Source of the DNA: Lytechinus pictus | Lineage: Eukaryota | Reading direction: 5' to 3' | NCBI RefSeq assembly: GCF_037042905.1 | Contig: NC_087257.1 | Coordinates: forward strand, 124,001 to 188,000 | Length of the DNA: 64,000 nucleotides | Part shown: positions 1 to 10,667 of the stretch, piece by piece | Position numbering within the stretch: the first letter of the stretch is position 1 | How the letters are laid out: the number at the start of each line of letters is the position of its first letter | Translations under genes and position numbers: made by a program | Notes under the pieces: model-generated | Told to the model about the DNA's origin: nothing | What the model saw: only the letters and a program-made list of their open reading frames with translations | The model's database searches: none

Positions 1-329
1 GGATATTTCCTTGCACATTACAGGGAAAGATTCAACAGCCGCCACATTTGGGACCCTTTGCCTTTGACTTAATGGCACATCATTCTCTACTCAATCGACA
101 AAGTGTACCAATCTATTTCTTTTTAAGTAGAAACCTTCTCAACTCCTGTTCCCCTGGGGCCAACCCCTCAATAGAGCGGCTCCAGGGATCCAGAAGGTGA
201 AGAGTAGATCCGATTCATGAGTATCCACAATGGGACACATTCTGAAGGTTCTACGTCAGGTCCTACACTCAAGACTTATAAGCCTCCCCAATCATATCAC
301 ATTGTTTATGGATCTTCTCTTTGTATGAT

Positions 330-940
330 TGGTAGGTCGTTACCATTCATAGTTAAGATAGCATTTGGGATGCTAATATTGGCATTGTGTTTTTGTAACA
401 AGTCAACGCCAAACAACATCTCATCTGCTATCGGAGCTACATAAATCTTCTCGCTGAGTATATTTGGGTACCCAGCTTGATATTGATAGGCCCTACCACC
501 ATGCCGTCCATTGTCATGTCTCGGCCAGCCCCCTTAAGGATTACACGCTTAAGGATGGGCGGCCGAGGCTGGAGGCATTTGAATAGCCTATCTGATATAA
601 TGGTGACAGCTGCCGCAGTGTCCAAAACAGATGTAATGGGCTCTTTGCCAACTGTCAACCCAACACTCAATGTTGAAGTAGACACAATTCTACAAATGAC
701 TACTTAAATATCTTAATCTTTAACCTCACCAGGAATGTCTGGTGGCCATGGTGGATTCCTCCAAGGAACATCTATTACCTCAGAGAATTTTGGGCTCCCT
801 GGACTTGCTTGTGAGTCCGGTGCCCGCAAGCGGCCATGGTCTTGTTGCATGAGACTGTCCTTTAATGGAATGGAGATGGTGGGGGTGGGGATCTGTGATC
901 GGATCGGGGATTCCCCATCTCCTCCGATCCCTGTCCATTT
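330..940 (-). pseudogene. pol: Pol N-terminus with retroviral-type aspartic protease, in the -1 frame relative to gag, disrupted
   Basis: VLDTAAAVTIIS active site, and after a frameshift IYVAPIADEMLFGVDLL (GxD-type motif); in-frame stops near 705-716. Confidence 0.8.
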
Positions 941-3195
941 ACCTCCTCCTCGAAGGTGACAGCCCTAAGTCGTCTGTTCTGAGCAGGCGATCTCCCTCTG
1001 GGGCAGGCCCTACTGAAATGGCCTTCTTCCCCACAGTTGAAGCAGCCTGCGAAGTTTCGCTGCCGATCGTTTGGTGGAAGGCCCGAAGATGGTCTTCTGC
1101 CTCCTTCTGACCGATCCGGCGTTCTATTAGAGGTATACCTCGGCCTGTCTGATGTACCTGGAGCTCGACCAGAGGTATACTTTGGTCTGTCCGGTGTTCC
1201 CAGAGCTCGGCCGGAGGTATATTTTGGTCTTTCAGGTGTGACAGGGGCACGGCCGGAGGAGTAACTCGGCTGGCCTCTTGACACCGACAAAAGTTCTTTA
1301 GTACTCCGAGACAGATCCGTGATTGCAGCAACCATCGAATCCATCTTGGAGGCCCACATTGCATTCTGAGCCTCCAGAGCACTGATTCTAGCCTCAAGGC
1401 TAGAATTTCCTTTGGTGGCAGCTTCCGGAGGAGACGACTCTTGTACCCTGAGTTCATTCTTATCTTCTCCTACAGAGAGCTGCCTTACCTCGTTTCTCAG
1501 CCTAGGGCCATGCTCCTGCATGGTCTTCTGGGTAAACTGAAACCATTTGTACTTTGTCATGGCTTCATCTAATGTCCCAGGCCGAGAAGTCAGGACATGA
1601 TGCCCTGCATCTTTGTCTTGGGCACCTTGGCAGAACCTTGCCACTACAAGTTCTTGGACGAACTTGTCAGGTAGGCCTACGAAGGCCTGACCTGCAAGGG
1701 TCATAAGCCTATCTGCCCACTTGATGATGTCTTCATCCAAGCGTTGAAAAGCCGATTGAAATTGCATCCGAGTAACTTCCGGCTCCTCCTGGAGAGCGAA
1801 TCACTTCTCCAACTTGGTAACCAAGTCAGAGAAGGCGATATTTGGATTGCTCTCCTGGATAAGGGCCATGAACTTACTGGCTTCGGCCTCCAACGCCAGA
1901 CACAGCTGATATTTCTTGTCTGCATCAGACATGCCATGTCTTTCAGTGTAAAGTTGGAACTTTGAATAGAAGGCCGCCCAGCTTCCTTTGCCGTCGAACG
2001 AAATAGTCTTCGGCAAAGGGGTTGGTCTAGAAGGGGGCCTTCTGTCGTCATATTCCGGTACCACATATCTTGAGGCCGAAGTAAGTCTGGTGACGCGGGG
2101 CGGCTGATTTCTTGTTGGCAGCCCCAAGTACCCAGGACTTACTGATGGCCTTGTGGTGTTTCTATTTTCACTGTATACTGGGCCTCCATGTCCATCTCCT
2201 TGAGGTCCAGCGCCTTGATACACAGGGTTGCTACCCCCATATTGCAAGTCACATGGTCCTTGGGGAGAGGTTTGCGGGGCCACAGTGTTAGGATAGTGTG
2301 GCGGATATCTGCCTCCAGCCCATGGTGGGCAATACCCACCGTAGGCGGCAGCAGGGTTGCAGTATGGAGGAGCTGGCTGTCCAGTTCCTCCGAATGGCAT
2401 CATCTGCATCATCCTAAACATCACGCCATACATTTCCTCGTACTGTGCTTGTGTAAAGTGTGGAACGGCCTGTGGAAAGCTATGTGGAGGTGTCTGGGTA
2501 GTTTGGTTGGTCATTGCTGGTCGGCCACCCTGAGCTCTGGGAGCCTGACCAAGCGACTCTACTTGGGCATGAGGACCAAATTGGAACTGGGGTCCTGGTG
2601 GGGAAGCTACCTGGGCACGAGGACCACATTGGAACTGGGGTCCTGGTGGGGTAACTTGGTGGGGACCCTGTGGTGGGAACAGGCCATCGTTCCATCCTGA
2701 AAATCCAAATTGATTTGCCCAGAGGGACTTAGCCCTATCTTCTGGAGAGGCCTAAGGCTGCTGAGTAGAAGCGCCACCTGGCCTCCCCCCTGTGAAAAAT
2801 GAGGGGGCCTCCCCGTCCTGTGTCTGAGAAGACTGGCCTACAGCACCCCGAGTGCTATGTGCACGGGTGTGCTGTGGCCAAGCCTCAAACGCCTGGCTCA
2901 CGGGGGGCTCCTTTGATGGAATCAGTGGAACGCTCGTAGAAGGCTCATCTCCTTCGGAGCGCACTTCTCTGCGGTCCACATTATGAGCCGTTGTTGTTGG
3001 CTCATAGTCAAAGGCGTAAACTAATAGTTCCGCCTTCGGTATGTAAGGTATTGACAAGAATGTATCCGGAGTAAGGTCGGCCGCCTCCCTCGCGTGTAGA
3101 ATGCGGTTGGCGGTGGCCATACCCACTCCGGGCAGACTCATCAATTCCTCAGACGAACAAAAGTTGATTTTGATTCTTGGTATGTTGCTCGCCAT
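862..3195 (-). pseudogene. gag: Gag-like polyprotein (~778 codons): N-terminal HhH domain, Pro/Gln-rich linker, capsid-like region, CCHC zinc knuckle; two premature stops
   Basis: ORFs 2752-3222, 1801-2514 and 862-1767 are in one frame, separated only by TAG (2752-2754) and TGA (1801-1803). Start ATG at 3195 (aagATGg). Motifs FDGKGSWAAF and CFNCGEEGHFSRAC. Confidence 0.85.
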
Positions 3196-3679
3196 CTTGA
3201 TGTAGAAATTAATCAGTAACAAAAATTAAATTCCAAAATTGAACTGTAATTAACCCAAAATTATCCTGCAGACTACTTTGTCTTGCGGATAAAATCAAAA
3301 TAAATCTGGGACAAAATTAACTTTTTGAAAAAACAATGAAAGAGAATTAACAGAACTAACCTCACAATATCCTGAGAATGTAATCAAATTAAAATCCAGA
3401 GGCTACCTTGCCTAGAAAATAAAATTCCTGTATGATTTAATTCTTAGAAAACAAAAAATGCAAACAATCGAACGCTAACTTGTTAAAAGAAAGAAATGAA
3501 ATATATAGAAATAATTTCTAATAAATAAATTCTTATTATTTATTTATTTTTTTTACAAAAGTTAATATTTACACGTACAATTGGAATAATGAACAGATCT
3601 ATGTACAATTTATCTAAATATATACAAAATTTATTTAATTATACAATTTATAATTAATTGTTTGAATTTGGATTTATAT

Positions 3680-4050
3680 AAAGATCAGCAGCACAGCTCA
3701 CAGCATTCACTCAACGGCAGCACCAGCAACAAAATATATTATACAACAGCAGCAGCAACAATTCAATTACACAACGGCAGCAGCAATAAACAACAAAATA
3801 TTCAATACAGCAGCAGCAGCAACAATACAACAGCACAGCAACAGCAGCAAAATATTCAATACGGCAGCAGCAGCAACAACAAAATAATTAATACAAGATT
3901 GAATTTCCTTATCTCCTGAGACGTAACCAAAAAAAAATATATTCCTAACAATTAAACAACAGCAGCAGCAGCAGCAAATTTCTGGTGTTTTCTCCAAAAA
4001 ACACCCAGAAATATACAAAAATAAATACTAACAACAGCAGCAGCAGCAGC
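3680..4050. repeat. (CAG/CAA)n-rich low-complexity tract in the retroelement leader
   Basis: Repeated cagcagcagcaac motifs. Confidence 0.8.
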
Positions 4051-4700
4051 GCGGCGGTCAAAGGAGAAAAGCAAATTCAGGCTTGTAATAAAATAATCAA
4101 CTCACAACATCAATAATATTCAGCAATACATTCACACCACATACGGTACACAGCTCAGCTCACTCACGTCGCAAATTCACAACACCAACCCAATCAGTAC
4201 ACACGTCAAACACAATCAAACAATCATCAAAAGTCAATCACTCTCGGTGGCCAGAAAAAATTATCCTACGAGGGAAGAGTTCATTTAAATATATGAACAA
4301 ACGGCAAAAATGTGTGGATATATACCCTAAAATAGTACAACGTATAATGTTTTGTCCAAAAAAATTCCGATTAGCTCCTGTCGAGCTAGCCGCTGAATCC
4401 CTTCAAGGCCAGCACGGCAGTGCCGATCGGTAAAAAAATAGAGTATATTTACGGAACTAAAAATCAAACTTTTTCCACCAAAAAATGAAATCTCAAACTA
4501 AAATAATATGTTACTTTTTGTTTTATTTAATATTATGGACGAAACAGAGTCAAACAGCTCAAATTAATAAAAAGCCTAAAATTTTCAAGATGGCGGCGGC
4601 TTTTTTATATTCGGCCACGGCCAACGCAGATTCTGCAACGCCGTTGGCTGTGGCGAAGTAAAGAAAATGTTTTGCCGAAAATAAAATAAAAATCGCTTTA

Positions 4701-4713
4701 ATCCTCGTCGCCA
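4701..4713 (-). promoter_or_regulatory. Primer-binding site complementary to the tRNA-Ser(GCU)-type 3' end
   Basis: Minus strand TGGCGACGAGGAT; plus strand ATCCTCGTCGCCA is a tRNA 3' end with CCA. Duplicate at 6800-6812. Confidence 0.75.
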
Positions 4714-5395
4714 GTAAAGAGGGGGGCCGATAACATAAATAATAATTCACTCACTATACACATATAAACTTCACACCGGGAGAAAGCCTTACCTTATTCT
4801 TGTTATCTATCCAGGCACTGTGACAGCTCTCTTACAACAGGTCCGCTACGACCGGGGGTTGGGTATGGAATGATGTGTTTGAGTCGAGTGTGTACGTATC
4901 TCGCTGTTCGTTCGTCCCGCCGGTGGGTCATGTGACATTGTGTGCTTAATTACGAGTACTACTAATCCCCTAACACCATAGCGATTTGACATGAGAAGGC
5001 CGTCCATGAGAGTCCAGAAAATATAAGATAACCAAAAGATTATTAATTTGGTGCAAACGATCTATCTATGATTTTAAAAAATATTACCCTTTCCATTATT
5101 TTCCGTTATTGTTTTTTATTTTTTGTATGGGGGTTTAAGACCATTTTAGCTATACCATTATGACCTCTGCCATTTTTACCTCTGCCATTATTACCTTTGC
5201 CATTTTTACCTCTGCCATATTTACCTCTGCCATTATTACCTCTGCCATTATTACCTCTGCCATTATTATCTCTGCCATTTTACATCTGCCATTTTTACCT
5301 CTGCCATTTTTACCTCTGCCATTTTTTCCTCTGTCATTTTTACCTCTGCCATTCTTACCTCTGCCATTAATATTATTACCTCTGCCATATTTACA
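4714..5395 (-). repeat. Putative 5' LTR (~680 bp) of the HhH-Gag Gypsy element
   Basis: Minus strand starts TGTAAA at 5395 and ends TTTAC directly before the PBS TGG; the partner 3' LTR is not in the window. Confidence 0.6.
5141..5394. repeat. 15-bp minisatellite (TTACCTCTGCCATTA/T), ~16 copies; duplicate at 7240-7493
   Basis: Direct tandem repeats visible in sequence. Confidence 0.95.
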
Positions 5396-8198
5396 CCGAG
5401 CCTGGGTTAGCGTGCATGATGCAGCTAGCCCGGCGGCCGTGTCGTCGGGTGCGCTCACGCAGAGGTGATGGTCGGACAGCGCTCTGCGGCCGCTTTTCGC
5501 CAAAATTGCAGCTCATTGTAGCAAATCAATGCGATCGGAACGGCGTAACGAAAAATATGCAAAGCTTTGGAGCGGCTTTCTTTGTTCTTTTTCTCAAATA
5601 AGACAAAAATGCTATGCCTTGGAACGGAAATTTGAGTAGAAAAATGGGGGTCCCCTCCGCGGCACATACCCACTATGCATTATACTGAGTGCCCCCCCCC
5701 CCCCCGGAGCATTACGAACCCAAGCCAAATAAGGGCCGTCATCTGTCTATTGACAGGGCGTGTCGCCTGTCGGAGGGGATGCCGCGGCCAGACGAAGTCA
5801 GCGGAGCATCCCTGACAGAATTGGCTATTCATTGGTCTCGTCAGAAACTTGCGACAGGGACTCTTGTTGCCCGTAACTAAATTGAAAAAAATACGGTACC
5901 GGTACATAAATCTACTACATACCTCATCATCCTCAAATAAGCAATGTGTGAGATATTCCTTTCGTACAATCCTCTCAAATATTTTGTCATTTCCTTTTGG
6001 AATTTCCTTATCTCCTGAGACGTAACCAAAAAAAAATATATTCCTAACAATTAAACAACAGCAGCAGCAGCAGCAAATTTCTGGTGTTTTCTCCAAAAAA
6101 CACCCAGAAATATACAAAAATAAATACTAACAACAGCAGCAGCAGCAGCGCGGCGGTCAAAGGAGAAAAGCAAATTCAGGCTTGTAATAAAATAATCAAC
6201 TCACAACATCAATAATATTCAGCAATACATTCACACCACATACGGTACACAGCTCAGCTCACTCACGTCGCAAATTCACAACACCAACCCAATCAGTACA
6301 CACGTCAAACACAATCAAACAATCATCAAAAGTCAATCACTCTCGGTGGCCAGAAAAAATTATCCTACGAGGGAAGAGTTCATTTAAATATATGAACAAA
6401 CGGCAAAAATGTGTGGATATATACCCTAAAATAGTACAACGTATAATGTTTTGTCCAAAAAAATTCCGATTAGCTCCTGTCGAGCTAGCCGCTGAATCCC
6501 TTCAAGGCCAGCACGGCAGTGCCGATCGGTAAAAAAATAGAGTATATTTACGGAACTAAAAATCAAACTTTTTCCACCAAAAAATGAAATCTCAAACTAA
6601 AATAATATGTTACTTTTTGTTTTATTTAATATTATGGACGAAACAGAGTCAAACAGCTCAAATTAATAAAAAGCCTAAAATTTTCAAGATGGCGGCGGCT
6701 TTTTTATATTCGGCCACGGCCAACGCAGATTCTGCAACGCCGTTGGCTGTGGCGAAGTAAAGAAAATGTTTTGCCGAAAATAAAATAAAAATCGCTTTAA
6801 TCCTCGTCGCCAGTAAAGAGGGGGGCCGATAACATAAATAATAATTCACTCACTATACACATATAAACTTCACACCGGGAGAAAGCCTTACCTTATTCTT
6901 GTTATCTATCCAGGCACTGTGACAGCTCTCTTACAACAGGTCCGCTACGACCGGGGGTTGGGTATGGAATGATGTGTTTGAGTCGAGTGTGTACGTATCT
7001 CGCTGTTCGTTCGTCCCGCCGGTGGGTCATGTGACATTGTGTGCTTAATTACGAGTACTACTAATCCCCTAACACCATAGCGATTTGACATGAGAAGGCC
7101 GTCCATGAGAGTCCAGAAAATATAAGATAACCAAAAGATTATTAATTTGGTGCAAACGATCTATCTATGATTTTAAAAAATATTACCCTTTCCATTATTT
7201 TCCGTTATTGTTTTTTATTTTTTGTATGGGGGTTTAAGACCATTTTAGCTATACCATTATGACCTCTGCCATTTTTACCTCTGCCATTATTACCTTTGCC
7301 ATTTTTACCTCTGCCATATTTACCTCTGCCATTATTACCTCTGCCATTATTACCTCTGCCATTATTATCTCTGCCATTTTACATCTGCCATTTTTACCTC
7401 TGCCATTTTTACCTCTGCCATTTTTTCCTCTGTCATTTTTACCTCTGCCATTCTTACCTCTGCCATTAATATTATTACCTCTGCCATATTTACACCGAGC
7501 CTGGGTTAGCGTGCATGATGCAGCTAGCCCGGCGGCCGTGTCGTCGGGTGCGCTCACGCAGAGGTGATGGTCGGACAGCGCTCTGCGGCCGCTTTTCGCC
7601 AAAATTGCAGCTCATTGTAGCAAATCAATGCGATCGGAACGGCGTAACGAAAAATATGCAAAGCTTTGGAGCGGCTTTCTTTGTTCTTTTTCTCAAATAA
7701 GACAAAAATGCTATGCCTTGGAACGGAAATTTGAGTAGAAAAATGGGGGTCCCCTCCGCGGCACATACCCACTATGCATTATACTGAGTGCCCCCCCCCC
7801 CCCCCCCCGGAGCATTACGAACCCAAGCCAAATAAGGGCCGTCATCTGTCTATTGACAGGGCGTGTCGCCTGTCGGAGGGGATGCCGCGGCCAGACGAAG
7901 TCAGCGGAGCATCCCTGACAGAATTGGCTATTCATTGGTCTCGTCAGAAACTTGCGACAGGGACTCTTGTTGCCCGTAACTAAATTGAAAAAAATACGGT
8001 ACCGGTACATAAATCTACTACATACCTCATCATCCTCAAATAAGCAATGTGTGAGATATTCCTTTCGTACAATCCTCTCAAATATTTTGTCATTGTACGA
8101 ATCGAGTATTTGTTCGGCAGCCATGATTTCTTTCAATCCGTGTATACAGTACGCGTATCGTATGTACGGTCGATTTGATCTCGCATGGATTGCATGGA

Positions 8199-8225
8199 GG
8201 TGCCGTGGCCGAGTGGTCTAAGGCG
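8199..8225 (+). repeat. tRNA-derived (A-box) SINE-like head, truncated; second copy at 9594-9620
   Basis: GGTGCCGTGGCCGAGTGGTCTAAGGCG resembles the 5' half of tRNA-Leu/Ser; no B box or 3' half seen. Confidence 0.55.
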
Positions 8226-9403
8226 TCTTGTCAAAAGTGTGTGTGCGTCTTTTCCTTTATATTCTACGGCGAACCCACTGAGCGTGCCATTGGCCATTTT
8301 TCTTTCCTACGGGTCAGTGCGCTTGCCATTCAAGACGCCAGCGTGCCCTTTTGCAGCGAAAATGGAAGTGTGCGCTTTTATCTTTTCTTTTGACACCCCC
8401 CGGTTGGCTCTCCGATAAGATGTTTTTGCATGAGCGCCCTCTATGTCCACGATTTCGGCGTTTTAGGCAAACTATTGAACGCCCGATCTCTAGTCACTGA
8501 TCTGAATATCGTTGTGTCCTTCCGTTGGTGTGCCTAGTCGCATTGGGGTATATATTTTCCAAAGTTACGCTTTCACAATTTCTTTTGATGATTTTTCGTT
8601 TCGGGTTTCAGTATATGACAAATTTCAATTAGATTTAGATTTCATTTCTTTAATAAAACAATTACCGTTAAGATATTGACTTTCTAAAAGTAAGTATTCA
8701 GGCGTGGGTAAGATTTTTTATTTATCACACTGAGCCCACACTGTCAGCATTGTCGGGTGAAAAGGAAAAATATGGAATTGTCCTTAACATCTTTGTAAAC
8801 GAAATGCGAAACCCCTCGCAAAAGATGCAATATATATCATACCTGGGTCCAAAAATGATGGCATTTAAATTTATACAAAAAAATACATACATAACATGCA
8901 AGCGTTTTTTGTGGAAAAAAGGATGAAAACTAAAGGCATCGTTGAAATTCAAATTTGAGCTAAACATAGGCCTATATCTAATTTAGCCAAAGTGCACAAC
9001 AATTTTACTCTTATTATACACATGTTTAAAAATTGACATGTTAGAAAATATATATTCACACATAATACAGATGCCGTGCAAAACAAACGAATAAAGTATC
9101 ATTAATTTGAACTTTAAAAACTAAATTGGATGCTCAAACAGTCATATCGGTCATTGTAGCTTAAATGCACAATTCTTGAATTTCATTGCCCGAAATTCAG
9201 AACAAAAGTACTTTCGTTACTTTGTAAGACCATTACAAACACCTTCACCTTCGAACGACATCAAAACCACTTAAAAAAATAAATATTGGAATTATCAAAG
9301 AAGTTGAGGCAGTCTTGACCATGAATTGAGTTGAGTGTTTATAAAGGAATTATAGCGTCTTCTAATGAATCCCATTCTAAACTTTGAATGACCGATGAAA
9401 AAT
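8221..9403 (+). repeat. ~1.2-kb dispersed repeat block X; second copy at 56180-57404
   Basis: Collinear similarity from aggcgt(c/g)ttgtcaaaagtgtg to accgatgaaaaat. Confidence 0.92.
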
Positions 9404-9881
9404 ATTTTCACCAAAATTGCAGCTCATTGTAGCAGATCAATGCGATCGGAAAGGCGCAACGAAAAATATGCAAAGCTTTGGAGCGGATTTCTTTCTTCTT
9501 CTTTCTCGATAAGAAGAAAATGATATGCTTTGGAGCGTATACAGTACGCGTATCGTATGTACGGTCGATATGATCTCGCATGGATTGCATGGAGGTGACG
9601 TGGCCGAGTGGTCTAAGGCGCCTGGCTAGGCAATCCTGTATTTTAGGGGTCTAAATTATTTTAGGTTGCTAACTTCAGGCAACAGCTCCACGACCATTGT
9701 TAACGGTAGTTCAGTAGTGCGTACGTACGTGCCGGTAATGGCGGGCCGTTAATGCCATTATAAGGGACTACTAGTATACAGCTGCACGCCTATGTAGTAG
9801 ATGTAAAGTTGTATTTACCAATGGGGTATCATGCGATATATAGGGGCCAGGGGGGGGGGGTGGTATAGAATAACGGTATAC

Positions 9882-10309
9882 TACCGTTATTCATGTCATG
9901 CTACCCCTCTTCTAAATGAACTACATTGGCTACCTGTTTCTGATAGAATACATTATCGAATACTTGTTCAAACCTATAAATCTCTGTCAACCACACTACC
10001 CTCTTTCATTTCTTCGTTATTTCATCAACAAAGATCTACATACTCTCTTCGTTCTGCAGCTGCTCCTTCCTATGACATTCCAAAATCCAGAAAACAGGCC
10101 GGTTTCAACTCCTTTCAATCTTTTGCCCCCCGTCTGTGGAACAAACTCCCTCCATCTCTTCGAAACCTCTCTTCTCTTGACCTCTTCAAAAAACATCTCA
10201 AAACACACTTATATAACCATAAACCTTAACTTGTCTTATGCAATCAACAGCGCTCTGTATCTTCTGGAAAAAGCGCTATATAAATCCAATTGTTATAATT
10301 ATTATTATA
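9882..10309 (+). mobile_element. 5'-truncated L2/CR1-group LINE 3' fragment
   Basis: HATPLLNELHWLPV...APRLWNKLP...FKKHLKTHL C-terminal ORF2 signature, short 3' UTR and (TTA)n tail. Confidence 0.9.
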
Positions 10310-10667
10310 CCTAAAGCCGTCGGGGGGGGGGGTATGCAATGAAGAAATATAATGCCATGCAGCGCGCCTTGGTTTTAGGGGTTTTATTATTTGGGGCATA
10401 ATAGGGGGTATATCTGAGCACTTATGGGTGAAGGATGAAGAGTATAATGGTACATATCAAACCAACGGTAATCAGCGTTACTTGTCATTGCGGGGGGGGG
10501 GTTATAGAATGAAGAAATAATAATGCCAAGCACCTCCCTGGTTTAATGGGTTTTTATTATTAAAGAATATTAAAGAACACAAACAAACAAACAAACAACC
10601 CCGTGAATGATTTTCACCTAATCCATCTATTTTCTTTACATTTGACAACAATATAAACTGCCGGGAT

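Larger units (their letters stand above)
1..5395 (-). mobile_element. Decayed Ty3/Gypsy LTR retrotransposon, 5' portion (LTR, PBS, long leader, gag, protease); continues beyond the window start
   Basis: Minus-strand order is LTR-like segment, PBS, Gag with CCHC knuckle, then retropepsin motif LDTAA. Confidence 0.88.
3901..8094. repeat. Near-identical tandem duplication, period 2099 bp (3901-5991 and 6000-8094)
   Basis: Identical ORF translations offset by 2099; the only difference noticed is a poly-C length; 8-bp filler at 5992-5999. Confidence 0.97.

Noticed and set aside
5150-5503. MAEVI/GRGKN pentapeptide-repeat ORFs
   Set aside because: Translation of the 15-bp minisatellite
4714-7494. 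Two identical LTRs as a small TRIM-like element
   Set aside because: Identity extends well beyond the LTRs on both sides and there is no PPT or TSD; the tandem duplication explains it
9594-9680. Functional tRNA gene
   Set aside because: Only the 5' arm and A box are present; no T-arm, B box or acceptor pairing
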